From Botryllus schlosseri (lineage: Eukaryota), in the NCBI GenBank assembly GCA_051294905.1, contig CM119372.1:28956001-29020000 (forward strand): a stretch of 64,000 nucleotides of DNA. Direction: 5' to 3'. Every line of letters begins with the position of its first letter. Position 1 is the first letter of the stretch. Both the position numbers and the translations under genes were made by a program. This document shows, piece after piece, positions 13,373-27,707 of the stretch. The notes below the pieces were generated by a model. It made no database searches. It had not been told where the DNA came from and worked only from the letters and a program-made list of their open reading frames with translations.

Positions 13373-14498
13373 TAGGGTTGTCACACGTCCGGAATTTCCG
13401 GACATATCCGGGCTTCCACTGTTAAATCTGCGGCCGGGAGGAAATTCGAAAATATGCCTAGATGTCCGGAATTTTGAAGGCTTGAAGTGGGCTCATCATT
13501 TTTTTCGTAAATTTACATAAACAACATTATTTTGGGGCAGATGTATGCTATAATCGCAGTATTTCTTCGCGCTGCGCGCGATAAGTATCACATATATTAA
13601 TTTTAATATGGGGACTACTGCCCTTGCAGAAACTGCAATCAAAAATAAATAAAAATAACCTTCATTTACTGAGATGAGTCTAATTGTGATCGCAATTAAA
13701 GGAGAACGGGATATTCCTAGAGTCGGTTAAGGTCGTTTAAATGCTTTATTCAAATATATTGGTTCCAAACCTGGGGGGGGGGCGGGCGGTCGTTTGCCTT
13801 TATTCTGGGATTCGCGAAGATGTTGAACGTAATCAGCTTCCTAAATAGGCCGTGAGTTATTCTGGGCAAAGCTGCCACCCTTTTTGTAGTAATCAGTTAT
13901 TCAAATTTAGAGCTGAGCCACGGAACATTTTCAAATCGGAAATGGAGTCGCAACCATAAAAGGTTGAAAACCACCGGATGTGTGGTCTTTATATGGATCA
14001 GTGGCGCTCACCGGCACTAGGCTGATAAATAATCTTATCGGTTTAACCTGAACATGACTTAACGATGAACAATTACGCTCCTTGCATTTTCGAAGTCATC
14101 ATCCTCCATCAGCTGTACCGCTAACTCTGATCATGTGGGTGGAGAGAGCGTCAAAACTATATGGTAACATTGACAGAATTCATTCAAAACTTTAACGACC
14201 AGATGCATACAGCAAGCCTCCTAGAAGCTGCATCGATTACCCTATGGTGGGCCCAAGATCAGTGTTTATTTTGGCGGGAGGGACTGAAAAATATGGTTCT
14301 GGTCCTCGTTAGTGGTTAAGACTTACCACACACAACCACATACTCCTGAACGGGATCGTTACCGCCTCCGGTCGATAGGCAAAACTTTGCTATTGTGACG
14401 CCATATTGACAGACAGTGTGATCATACCTCATTTTGGAATCCGCAAGTGGGCGCTAACGAGTGTCCGGAATTAGAGCCACAAAAATATGGTAACCCAA
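13373..14498. mobile_element. hAT MITE (TAGGGTT ends, TCCGG repeats)
   Basis: tagggttgtca...tggtaacccaa; perfect TSD tcctactt. Confidence 0.85.
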
Positions 14499-15186
14499 TC
14501 CTACTTTCGATTTGTCAAATTGATTGCATACCTCAGAAAATCGCTCACTGTCTACTGTTCATATCTCAAATGGCGATTTATCACTCACCCACCCCGGTCG
14601 ACATCTATTTGATGAAGGAAAATAATATTAATAATGAATATTCAAATCAAATCAAATCTAAAAATTATAAAAACGAATGATATTCATCCGCTGTCGCGTT
14701 ACAACTTGCATTCCGCTTATCGTAACTTCCACTCCGTAAACTATCAAGGGAGTTTTATAATCGTAGATTCTGAGAATTTAAAAGTTACATGAATGTTTTT
14801 ATCAATTTGTAAAACTGGGAATTAACTTTCTGCGCTTAGGTAGGAGGATCATCACGCAATATCTGTTTGACATAACCATCATTGTAATTCAAAAATGTGT
14901 AGTTTGTCTTGGACCGACGTTACGATATGCTGGCCTCCAACACGCATTAAACTTCATGAAATTTTGTTATCTCTGATAAAAGAATAGACAACCTGACCTT
15001 GGGTAATGCATCTAATGTCTGGCCAACAGATGGCGGGAATAATGGACATTTGACTCGCTGTGCCAAAATGGTTGTAGTGATGTAAATTTATATTCTAAGA
15101 TATCTTCCATTGCAGTGGTTTCGAATCGGTGGGTGATTTAGGGGTTTCTGGTCGGGTATAGACTCACTCTTAACAAAAATCACATT

Positions 15187-17006
15187 TCAAAAATGGAATC
15201 AATATTGCATGACGAAACCAAATTTATCTCGCTTGGTTCGGTTTCTGAATTCGATAACACAGCCAAAATTGAAACACGACTGGTACGCCGACTACTGGCG
15301 TTGAAGGAAAACGGTGTCTTGACTGCGGAAATATATAGCTCAATCAGACCAACGGGAACGCAAAGACCACGCATGTATGGACTACCAAAAACTCACAAAG
15401 AAAGCGTCCCAATGAGACCGATACTTTCCATGATCGGGACTGCTCAATATCAACTGGCAAAATGGCTTATCGGCATCTTGGAACCTGTTCGTTAACTGTA
15501 CGGCACAGAATGTGTTCGTGATTCGTTCACTTTCGCCAGTGAGATACGAAACCTGAACCTGCCGAATTCAGAAGTGTACCTGAGCTCATTTGATATCTCT
15601 AGTCTCTTTACAAACGTTCCGCTGCAAGAGACTGTTGATATTTGTGCCAACGCGCTTTACGGCGGTAAGCTAGCACCACCGCCATTCCCGCGTAAAGTTG
15701 TCGTTGAATTTAGCTTTACCGATGTTATCTTTAAACAATTAGACGGCATGTCTATGGGATCTCCCTTGGGACCTATTTTGGCTAACATTTTCGTAGAATA
15801 TTATGAGGGCGAGCTTCTCTCCCAGCGTGTGTCCACCGAACCGTTGTTGTACCGATGATATGTCGACGATATTTTTTTCATATGCAGGAATGAGTTGGAC
15901 TGTGATCAATTTCTCATTCACTTAAACTCGCTTCACTAGGCTCTGAGATTCACAATTGAAAAATAACGAAATAACTCATTTTCATTTTTGGACGTTTTAG
16001 TCGAAAAGCATGACACCAATAAATTTGAAACATCCATCTTCAGGAAACCGACATTCACTGGCCAATACCTTCGTTGGAATTCAATTAGTCCTAGACGCAG
16101 AAAAATCAACCTCATAGGCACCCTCGTGCATAGAGCGTTGATGATATGTTCGGGTAATAAACTGAACTTAGAACTTTACAATATCCGCAAAATCTTACTT
16201 GATAACGGTTACCCTGAACATGTCATCAACCGCGGCATAGAGAGGAAAGTAACGCAACTCAACGCAGAAAAGTCAACAGAGCCCACCGAACAAACAACCA
16301 AAGATGTTTACATCCACCAACTTTAGATAGGGCCTATTTCCACCCGCTTTGAAAGGCAATTGATTTCAGCGGTCAATAAGTGTTACGACACAGTGAAGAC
16401 CAACGTGATTTTCACGACAACGCAGCTGTTCCCTGCAACACGTAAAGACGTGCTTCCCGCACTTCAACAAAGCAATGTAGTCTACGAATTTAAGTGTCAC
16501 TGTGATTGTGGCTACGTGGGAAGAACGTCAAAGCGCTTGCAGGAACGCATAAATCAGCATGTCCCTAGATTCATTAGAACACGCTCGGTGAAAAGCTCAC
16601 CCTTAACTCATCCGCTCAAGATTGATGCGGAACAATCAAAGGCCATAAATTCTGCAATTGGCAAACACTTGTTGGATAATCCCGCCTGTGCGAAAAATTA
16701 TCGAGACGACAGATTTCGCATACTTGGAAAGGGTCGTTCACACTTTCATTTGTGTGCCTTGGAGTCGACTTTCATCAAAATACACCAGCCAAGGCTGTGT
16801 CAACAAAAACAGTTCGTGTATCATCTAAAATAGTAGGCTACATTGAACGCTCTCGTATTCGACATATCATGCTGGTGACGTCATATTTTGTGCTACGATT
16901 GTTGATATACGATGTTCTTTTGAATTCTGTTCTAGTTGCTGACGTTTACCCCTGACGAGTGTCTGCCGAAAATATTCGGGTTCATTTCAGTATGAATATA
17001 CTATTT
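15187..17006 (+). mobile_element. 5'-truncated, inactivated Penelope-like retroelement (RT plus GIY-YIG endonuclease)
   Basis: Single frame with YGLPKTHK..PMRPI, SFDISSLFTNV, GMSMGSPLGPILAN, YR*YVDD, FLDV, RKPT and VYEFKCHCDCGYVGRT..L.ERINQH; about five in-frame stops; 12-bp direct repeat aaaaatcacatt at 15175-15186 and 17007-17018. Confidence 0.95.
16948..16981 (+). ncRNA. Minimal type I hammerhead ribozyme at the Penelope 3' end
   Basis: accc-CTGACGA-g(tgtctgc)c-GAAA-ata-TTC-gggt: helix I accc/gggt, both core boxes intact, palindromic helix III AATATT, UUC cleavage triplet. Confidence 0.8.
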
Positions 17007-17260
17007 AAAAATCACATTATTAACCTCGTTTATTAAACGTCTCTATGAAATGCCGATCGTATCTCTAATATTTAGGCCTATTAGCTCATTTGCAATTCAG
17101 CAATTAGTATTATCAGTGCTTCCAATTAGCGAGAATCGACTCGACACGTCGACAGCGGCACGCGATCTCCCGCATGTACGTTGTTATTCAGTCGCATGTG
17201 AAATGGTGTGATTGGAATCACCTGATTCGTTGTAATAAAAGTTCATAGGTATGAGGATAT

Positions 17261-18759
17261 CAGTGGCGGCTCGTGACAATATCGGGTGGTGGGGCAAGGG
17301 CTGCAAGCGACTTTTTATCAAGATGACGTCACAATGGCGTTTTCCAACGTAAACAAGTAACTTAATGATGGTACGGTAACATGAATTTCCCGGCAACAGT
17401 GATTTTAACGTATGTGCCACGAGAGGTCCGCTGGTGAGCTGTGACTTGAAGTGTGGTAACGGCGTACGGAACAAAGATTCAACACGGTTCATGTTCGCAT
17501 TAGACCTGACTAATTATCTGCAGAAATGGAAATGACTATAACTCGAGAGATAGCGTAAGCCTAATTGGAAAGGTCAACGAATTCGGACAGATACGCAATT
17601 GTTATCTCATAGATAGGGCCTGTCCTATTGAATCCAAAACATCATTGTAAAGGACTAAGAATAGCAGCCTCGGAAATTTGGTCTCGGTACAGCATAAGAG
17701 ATTTTGGCCTTGAAACTGGAGACTGTAACACGACACATACGTTTTTATTACTGTCTTATAGGTCTGCTGCGAAATCGCCTTTGAAAAATATATTACCGAA
17801 TAAATACGTGGATGAAAGCCTTAAACTTGGTACACTGTTACATGACATTATCGAGAAGTGGCCTCATGGCCCTTTTCGGTATGGTACACTGTCAAAATTA
17901 ATGCGAACAGACCAACACCGAATTTTGCGTAAAATTTACTGAGGAATAGGCTGATCAAGTGACGAGGGGTTGTACGCAAATGGCTTGAAGGCCACAATTT
18001 CACGGTGAAATTGACATTGGAGAACATACGATCAAAGTAAATATTTGAATGCAAACTGAGAATGATATCATCATCTCACTTAACGTTACCGCAGATGCAC
18101 CGGCTTTTGCGTGAAATCCGCAATGTGTTGTAGGCTAAAGTGTCAGATCGGAGCACATCTTTACCATACTCGACCTTGATAACGAAATTACTGCCCTAAT
18201 CATTGAGTGTCAACCTTGAGACTTGGCACAGCGTTCGATACTGAAATCAAGACATACCGTGCAAAAGCTTATGACGGATCTAGGTAAGGAGCATCGTTAA
18301 AATCAACCCCATGAAAATCGACCTATACCAACAAAGGTCGACTAAACGCATAGGACGGTAACAGAGTTCAGCTATAGATACGATTGTTACATCACACTTT
18401 AAGGGCACAGAGCTATCGTGCCCCGGTTGCTCGGTAATTTTATGAATAGGAGAGAGTAAATCACCGTTTCTTTATTATGCGCGGTTTTGAGAGAATAGAC
18501 AGTGAAAGCTTGTTATGAGCGCTACCGGGGCAAGCCCCGGCTAGGCATTCGCAAAGCGAAAACACAGAAGAGAATTTGATTTTCGCATAGACTTCGCTAT
18601 ATATGGGCATTTACAAGCGAAAGGACAAGAAGTATACGATTTCGCTGTGATTTCGGTTTATATAGATAGGTGTGCGTCTTTAAATGGTAAAGAATTGTTA
18701 TTGAACAGAATTTTAGGTGGGCCAATGCCCCAGTTGCCCTATAGGACGAGCCGCCACTG
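17261..18759 (+). mobile_element. Non-autonomous hAT (Tip100-like) element, copy 1, internally deleted
   Basis: TIR cagtggcggctcgt/acgagccgccactg; TSD gaggatat. Confidence 0.95.
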
Positions 18760-19279
18760 GAGGATATGTATTCAGGGAGATCGCAGACTCGCTAATTGAT
18801 AATATAGCCGGACTCGTTACAGATGAAATGACATATTTCTTTTCGAGTTATGTAGCGTGCGAAGGTGTAGCTTATGGCGGCTTATATCTAACAACAGGAA
18901 TGTATCTGACCCATGCATTGTTTGGCATTTACACATGTAAATTGGTGCTACCTCGCTACATTTGGTAATATTGCAAACCTTCCTATTTTTTCCGTTGGCG
19001 TACACACACATCTGACGGAGGCGCAGCATTGCGTTTACCGTTGCCAGTTTACTGCTCGTTCATTTCATTGCGTGCTGTTCAATTCTGGGGATCTAAAACT
19101 TTCACCAATAGCTAGTCTTTACAAAACAAGGTCTTGACCAAATTTTATTTGAGGGGGCAATTTTAAAGGGTGGAAATATAGATTTCAGGTTGTGAGGAAT
19201 AAAGAAAAATGAGTTGCGAACCAATCTTCTAATTTCACAATGACTTTGGTTTATTTAATTTTGTAGATGATGTTACTGC

Positions 19280-21010
19280 CAGACATGGGGTAATCGTGAT
19301 TAGTAATCGGAATCGATTACGACGATTACAGCATTTCCAAGTAATCGTAATCGCAATCGATTACATTCGAAAAAAATCCGAAGTAATCGTAATCGTAATC
19401 GACTACTTCACATATCTAATCGATTTCTTTGTGAAAGAACGATTACTTTTCATTTGTACAATGCCCATGACAAAAACTGAACATTCATGAGCAACGAAGA
19501 GTGTGATTTAAGACAGGTTTTGGATAGCAGAAATGTCGGGTTTTCACACGCCTCTATACTCATTATTGCGTCACAAGTTTTAGCTTGGTTCTTGATTGCG
19601 TAACGAATTCGATGTACATGTAGTACTGTAATTGTAAGAACACCCGCTGTTGATTATGTCAGGTTATCAATACACTGTACACGCCACTACCTCGCAGCAG
19701 GATAATAATCACCAATCGGCCTAGTTTCGAATAGTAACGTATGTACAAATTGTACAATGTACATAGTACAATGTAATGATGTTTTGTTATGCTTAGGTAA
19801 ACGCAATCTGATCGTAGCTGATTGGCAAGCGGTAGGCCTATTTACGTATACGATGGCCAAAGATTTGAAATTTTGTACCCGTCAAATTACACATGACAAT
19901 TTCTACATCGAAGCATTAAAAACCAGGCTGCTGATAAAAAAATCATAACCAAGCCGTTATTTTCCGTTACTCGTATAACGGTAGATCGAAATATCTGTAT
20001 TAAGTGGATTGCAGTCAGAAGTTGATGATTACCTTATGATATTCTCATACGGCCCTAAAACGGGCAACAATTGTTCTTTCGCAATTTTATACTCATCATT
20101 CGGATATGCCACTAGCCATCCGTTTACACACCATGTTAGCGTGGATTGCAGCTAGAATCAGTTCCGAAACAGCACTTCGCCACCCCCATTCTCACAAATG
20201 GTGATCTTGTGCTCCCCATAAGGCGATCAATAAAGCTTGTGGCGGGCGAAGTCCCCCAGACCCCCCTTAACGACCGGGCTTTTCACAAGAACTGGAAAAC
20301 ACGATTTGATGCGATGGATCCGCTGTGCATTTGTTGTCAAGTCGCGCCAAGCGCGAATATTTAGGCACATAATTTACAACTATAACTTTATTGTATGCTG
20401 TTAACTCGTGACCTCCTGTCTGCTATATAGTCAACAGATATTGGAGTCACCAAATCGTAGCAGACGAAAAAAAAAACTAAACGAAAAACTTTCGTGACAC
20501 GCACCCAAAAATTGTCATTTATGCACGTGGTTCATCATTTTCCTCAGTGAGTGCCCCCGGTGGCATTTGTATTGTGGGGCTGAGATTGAGCAGACTATTC
20601 TTCTCGACCATCGAGCGTGGATATGGACAAATACACAATGTTTCGGCCGATGTAGCATGTCTTGGTGTGTTGCGGCGCGATATTGGCTGGCACCGAAATG
20701 CTTATTTCTGTGTGAATCATGCAATGGTATATTATGTCATACACAGGAAATGACGTCATTATGTCTCATTTAAAAATAAAGACCTTCCCTCATGAGGCCT
20801 TTTCATCGCATTGTTGTCTTCCAAAGATAACTTCTCAAAAGCAAAATGAATGTAATCGTGAGTAATCGTGATTACATTTCCAAAGTAATCGTAATCGTAA
20901 TCGACTACTCGCGGATTTCGCTGTAATCGTAATCGTAATCGTAATCGCGTGATTCATAAGTAATCGTAATCGCAATCGATTACATTCATGAAGTAATCAC
21001 CCCATGTCTG
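19280..21010. mobile_element. Non-autonomous hAT element with (GTAATC)n repeats
   Basis: TIR cagacatgggg/ccccatgtctg; perfect TSD gttactgc. Confidence 0.93.
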
Positions 21011-22813
21011 GTTACTGCTAGCTGTCCGTTACCACACTATACTAGACATGTCATGAGATTCTGTTGTGATTTCCAAATAATCCCGTGTGTAGACCTATCT
21101 AATATGCGTTCCGTCTTCGTTGATTGGTAACGTACATTGCTGACGACATATGATATGAAGAAATTGAGGATATAATTGTGCATCAGGGCTGTTTAAATGG
21201 ATAGTTTCATCCAAAAAAATTAGAATAAAAACGCTGAAACATTTCCACATATCAAAAATAGAATATCATTCGAGAGGTTGGGCAAGTTGCGAAAGATGGA
21301 AAAAGTATCAAATATTATATGGAAGAATGTTGCTATGGTATGGAAAATTGTCAAGTATATGGTATGGAACGATTTGGCGGGGATGTAGTATGGAAAATCT
21401 CCATTCCATTCCATACCATACCATGCCCTGGTACCAGCCGCAGTTAATTAATATATGCGCAATACGCGGTCAGAGGTAACAATTCGAGAGTGGTTGTAAT
21501 GACAGGCAAACGGTGCATCAGCCCGTCAGACCCTGCGACACGCGGAAAACAATGAAGTAAAATTGACTTTCTGCGCTCTTTCTCTGAACAATCATCATAT
21601 TTTCGTAATAAGGGTTCGATTTGCACGAGACACGAATATAGTGTGGAGCCCTGGCCCCCTCTCTCTCCTATCTGTTATGGTATAATGCTATATCACGTGA
21701 CCTATCGCTGGTATATGACATAGTGCATATCGTATTATTGACTCATGTACGCTGTACGTACAACCTTGTTTGAATTACTAACCCTCCGTACAATATATCC
21801 GGAGAAGGCAATATTGTCGTCTATTGAGCTGCCAGTAAAGATCTCACTCAGGAGCAATAGTAGTAAATACCATCATTACGGACTCACATATGCAAGTTAC
21901 TGAAACGTAAATCACTCCTTAAAGTTTCTAAAGTATGGGTCGCAACGGGTCTTCACGTGACCAGAGCGATCTGTTAATATGTATGCCATATTTTTTAAGT
22001 TTTTACAAAAAAAAAAAAATTCTTCGTGACTCGCGCGATTTTCTGTGGATGGTTTTTACATATCATGGGTCACTGCGTTTGGTATAGTAGCGAAAAAGCG
22101 ACACACGAAAAACATATGGCGTGATCATGAAAATGTGCTTACCTTTGTAATACATGGTTTGATTTAATGATAAGATTTGTCCTCCAGGTTTCTCTGGAAA
22201 AGACCGTCGAAGACCATTCGGATGCTTTAGTCTAGGGCAGTGGTTCTTAAACAGGGGTCCACAGACCACTTGGGGGTACGAGATGAAGTGTGCAATTATA
22301 CGCTATTTAATTACCTCGATATTACTTTGCAAATTATCATACAGTGGAATATTATTAGTCGGCTTTCTTCAACCCGAAAATTTTCTTTGCGCGTAGCGCG
22401 ATACCCCTTCAAGTGCATTCTTGCTTGAAATTTGGTTATGCCATTCCCTCCGACAAAACAATTGTAGCCTTATAATAAAAGATACAATATTAGTTACAGA
22501 AATGAGTCTAGACTTTTTCAAAATTATGAGAGAATGGTGGCTTGAGGCCGTCAGGGTGTTTTAGTACTGGGTTGTGAAGCTTGCTGGGGCGGGACTATCA
22601 CGCTCCTATACATTTCGGCACTGACCGTAATTTCCGTCCCAGAGCACGCCAAGACCTGTGACATTTCGGTGCACCGACGGCAACCATAAACATTTATACC
22701 CTAAAATCGGTTAAACCGTCGCTGTCCCTGAAATCCACATAAATTGTGTTGGAAACCTTATGGGGACCTTTGAGGGTGGATTGACAAAGTACTGTTTCGA
22801 TCCTGATTAGGGG

Positions 22814-22984
<171 letters not shown>

Positions 22985-24019
22985 CGGTTCCATGAACATA
23001 CATAGATACATGAATACAAAGCAGAGTATATAGAATTCAATTCAGAACCAGGCTGTAGCGAAGGGATCGGGAAATCATCAACTCAGCTACAGCCTGAAAG
23101 GCTGGATGTATTATGAAACTAAATGGGAACATTCACAGTAGGTAACCTAAAGAATGGCCAAGATAACACTTTGGAATTATTTCATGACAGCTCAAGGGGT
23201 ACGAGCGCTAAGGTGTTTAAGAAACACTATAGTCTGCGGGTGTGCAACGGGCTGGTGCTGCTGGCTGGAAGCCGTGAAGTTTTGGTCGATATACCAGTGG
23301 GAAAGTGGGGTGCCAAAATGATCGGCGGCGATAAAAGCTTGGCCGAAAATGACCGTCGCTGGTTGACCACAACTTTCGATATTAATATGCTCGGTCGTCG
23401 AAATGGTCGATAGTCGGCACCGAATTGTTCCGCCTTCGCAACCTTGAGTAGACAGTGGAACAATTGCGACGCACAGAGGAAAATTTATTCACCCCGATTT
23501 GATATCACGTGTGTCAGACATGTTTCGTAAAGCTGGGTGGCGTTGTTGTCTGTCTATGCGTTCTCTATGTCATACATGCCCGTAAAATCGTAGCATACTA
23601 TTATAATATAAAAAAATGCAATCCTTTTATTGTGTGAGGTTTGGGTCGCGAGATCACACTGAAACTCCAATTTTCGTCGCTGTTTAAAAAGTTTAAGAAC
23701 CATGGCTATTGAACTGCTATGAACTTCCAAGTTAGATTGAGCTACAGAGCCAAACATACGGTATCGTGAATTTCTTTGCTCTTCTGATTTAGTCGCGAGT
23801 CAATTTTCGATAGGTTTGTGCGAATGGATTTTTTTGCAAAAAAGTGCGGCTGGAGTTCAAAAAGGTTGAAAAGCACTTCTCTACTGTATATTGATTTACG
23901 AACTAATTTTTGGTCACCTTCGAGCTTTTTCCAATTTGAAAACTTCTGTTCCACTTTTTGCAACAAACATGATTACAACATGTCGTATGAGTTATTTCAT
24001 TCGGCGTGCCATGAAATAT

Positions 24020-26005
24020 CAGTGGCGGCTCGTCCTATAGGGCAACTGGGGCATTGCCCCACCTAAAATTCTGTTCAATAACAGTTCTTTACCATTTAGA
24101 GACGCACAGCAATCTATATATACCGAAATCACTGCGAAAATCGTATTCTTCTTGTCCTTTCGCTTGTAAATGCCCATATATAGCGAAGTCTGCGAAAATC
24201 GAATTCTCTTCCGTGTTTTCGCTTTGCGAATGCCTAGCCGGGGCATGCCCCGGTAGCGCTCATAACAAGCTTTCACTGTCTATTCTCTCAAAGCCGCGCA
24301 CAATAAAGAAACAGTGATTTACTCTCTCCTATTCAAAAATTACCGAGCAACCGGGGCAACATAGCCTAGTCGCCCTTAAGGTGTGATGTAACAATCGTAT
24401 CTATATCTGAACTCGGTTACCGTCATATGCGTTTAGTCGACCTTTGCTGGTATAGGTCGATTTTGATGGTGTTTCACACCATGATAATTCTTGAAACTTG
24501 GTATGTCATGTCGTGATGGTAGTATTTAACACTGTCCCAAGTTACAGGGTTTCCACTTAAAGTTTAGGGTAGTAATTCCGTTTCCGAAGTTGAGTGTGTG
24601 CTGACCGTCATGTATCGCAAACAGATTTTACTCAAAAGCCGGTATTGGTATCCATTGATTTTGACGATGTTCCATACCGAGATCGGTCATAACATTTCGT
24701 ACGGTAAGTCTTAATGTTACTATCGAACGCTGTACCAAGTTTCAAGTTTGTCACTGTACTGTGTTTGTGGTAATTTCGTTTCCTAAGTCGAGTGAGAGCT
24801 GACTCGTCATTTATCGCAAACATATTTTACGCAAAGCCGGTATTGGTCTCCATTGATTTTAACGATGCTCCTTACCTAGATCCGTCATGAGCTTTTGCAT
24901 GGTATGTCTTGATTTTAGTATCGAACGCTGTGCCTAGTCTCAAGGTTGGCACTCAATGATTAGGGCAGCAATTTCGTTATTAAGGTCGAGTATGGTAGAG
25001 ATGTGCGCTGATCTGACACTTAGCCCACCTAACGCATTGCGGATTTCACGCAAAAGCCGGTGTATCTGTGTTAACGCTAACTGTGTTCCATACTGAGATA
25101 GGTGATGAGATGATGATATCATGAAACAGTTTACTAACATCCTCGGTTTACATTCAAATATTTACTTTTATTTTATATTCTCCAATGTCAATTTCACCGT
25201 GAAATTGTGGCCTTCAGGCCATTTGCTTACAATTACAACCCCTGTCAAGCGCGATAGCTGTTTCGTTTTCGATGGCGGCTAAGAGCTGATCGCTTGATCA
25301 GCCTATTCCTCAGTAAATTTTACGCAAAATTCGGTGTTGGTCTGTTCGTATTAATTTTGACAGTGTGCCATACCGAAAACGGTCATGAGGCTATTTCTCG
25401 ATGATTTCATGTAACAGTGTACCAAGTTTTCGGCTTTCATCCACGTATTTATTCGATAATATATTTTCCCAAGGCGATTTTGCAGCAGACATATAGACAC
25501 TATAGACCGTAAGCCGTATGTGTCGTGTGACAGTCTCCAGCCTCAAGGCCAAAATCTCCTATGCTGTACCGGGACCGAATTTCCGAGGCCGCTATCCGTA
25601 GTTCTTCAGAATTATGTTTTGGATTCAATATGACATGTCCAATCTATGAGATAACAATTGCGTATGTGTCCGAACTCGTTGACCTTTCCAGTTAGGCTTA
25701 CGCAATCTCTCGAGTTATAGTCATTTCCATTGCTGCAGATAATTAGTCAGGTGTAGTGCGAACATGAACCGTGTCGAATCTTTGTTCCGTACGCCGTTTA
25801 CGCAGTTACCACACATCAAGTCACAGCTCACCGGGCCGCGGCACATACGTTAAAATCACTGTTGTCGGGAAGTTCGTGTTACCGTACGTAGTCCGTACCA
25901 CCAAGTTACTTGTTTACGTTGGAAAACGCCATTGTGACGTCATCTTGATAAAAAGTCGCTTGCAGCCCTTGCCCCACCACCCGATATTGTCACGAGCCGC
26001 CACTG
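24020..26005 (-). mobile_element. Tip100-like element, copy 2 (inverted)
   Basis: Same 14-bp TIRs; TSD tgaaatat. Confidence 0.95.
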
Positions 26006-26946
26006 TGAAATATCATCTCGATTACCACAATTGGCACGCGTGCCAGGGGTTGCCGATCCCTGCTGTAACGTATCAGCCCTAGACTTGATCCGGGATTTTA
26101 TAGAGCAGTGCTCTTCAACCGGGGTGGTCGTACACCCTAGGGTGTACCAGAATTCGCAAAGGGTGTACCACTCGGATGGGGTGTACAGGGGTGTACCAGA
26201 TCCAAATTACAATGAGCCGATGGCTAGCTATCACAAATGCCAGTTTATAGGTCAGTACAGACAGGTTGACGCACAGGTTAACGAGCAATATGGTACAATG
26301 TTATCTCAAGTGTAATACTGTACACCGCTTGATTGTGATGTCATAAGCAAATATTTCTTTTATTCATTTAGCCGTCGGCAATAGACCAATGGTTCCGTTT
26401 GGTGTTGTAAAGTATGCAGTTAACAAACATGTGTTCAGCTAGTCATTAGTATTTTATTGATTTGTGAGGAAACCGCCGCGATAGCTCAGACTTTTTGAAT
26501 CCGTGCTTCCTACCCGACGCTAATAAATACCGCAATGCACATAAATGAAGTGACGTAGCTAGCCAGGGTCGAAACAGCTTCCATATTGAAATCGAAACCC
26601 TTTTGTTTTAAAATGCCAATTGTATGTCCAATCTTTCGCCATACATTTGCAATTTAGTATTTTGTTATAAGTGATGTAAATTAGCGACAATAGACTGTGT
26701 ATAGCGGCATACGATCTGAGGTTACTGACATCTCTTGCAGCCCATGTGCTACTATCGACTGTGTGTGGTGTGTGGCAGGCCTGATGCGCAGTAGGCTGGT
26801 GCGCCTGCTATCATCGCTGATCTGAATTACCGCTTCTGCAGCAGTAGCTTTAACTACTCTCCCCCCAATACTGTTACATTTAGGTTGAATATCGTTCGTT
26901 ATATCATGCTGTTTTTGCTCTGACACGAAATAAATTCCAATTTGCG

Positions 26947-27385
26947 TAGGGTTACCCTTACCATACGTCCTCTTTTAAGAGGATTTGTCCTCTTTTTTGA
27001 CTTTTTTTAAAGTGTCCTCGGAGGACGCCCTTTTGTCTTCTTTTTTTGAGATTTTGTCCTCTTTTTCGAAAATTTAGGTCAGATTTAGAGCAAATTGATA
27101 TGCCATAAATCAGCACAGAAGTGACGCTCCGGCTGGTATTTCGGAGTGAAAAATTGTGATTTTAGCTCTGAGTGAAAAGTTGACCTTTTTTTAGTCATCC
27201 ACCTAGCAATGCGGAGAGAAAAACGATATTTTGAGCTCTGAGCGGAAAGATGACCTTTTTTTATAGTCAATTGATCACCAAGTGGGAAAAATTCACCGGT
27301 TTTTTAGAATTCTTCTCCGGTTTCGCAAGTCTCAAATTTCTGAAAAAGTGTCCTCTTTTTAGATTTCCAAAATATGGTAAGCCTA
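26947..27385. mobile_element. hAT MITE (TAGGGTTACC ends, GTCCTC repeats)
   Basis: Perfect TSD aatttgcg; related degenerate copy at about 30608-30898. Confidence 0.88.
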
Positions 27386-27707
27386 AATTTGCGTGGCGGG
27401 CTGCCTAACTGGCTGCGAATAGACTCTGTGACCAAATACTATTTTATTCAAATCCAATTTTTTTGACGGCAATACCTCCGTTTCTACTGGTCGGAATTGA
27501 AGCAAATTTGAAGAACATAGTTTTTATAGACAACCTAATACTTTCATGGGGTGAACAGAAAAATTCAAATTTTTCGTTATTTATTTTTGTATAGTAAATA
27601 GAACTTTCCTCTCCCGTAGCAAAGCGGCTACTAGTTGGAATTGAACCAAATTTGGGGTGTAGGCTTAAGTTAGGTAACCTAATAATTTTATCAAGTAGCC
27701 CGTACGA

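Larger units (their letters stand above)
13201..21430. mobile_element. hAT element with (GGTAT)n subterminal repeats, expanded to 8.2 kb by nested insertions
   Basis: Ends caggtcatggtatggtat / ataccataccatgccctg; perfect TSD gtaccagc at 13193-13200 and 21431-21438. Confidence 0.85.

Noticed and set aside
23040..23470. Faint non-LTR retroelement-like peptides (DYRPF; SRGTSAKVFK)
   Set aside because: Too short and on opposite strands; cannot be supported without a profile search.
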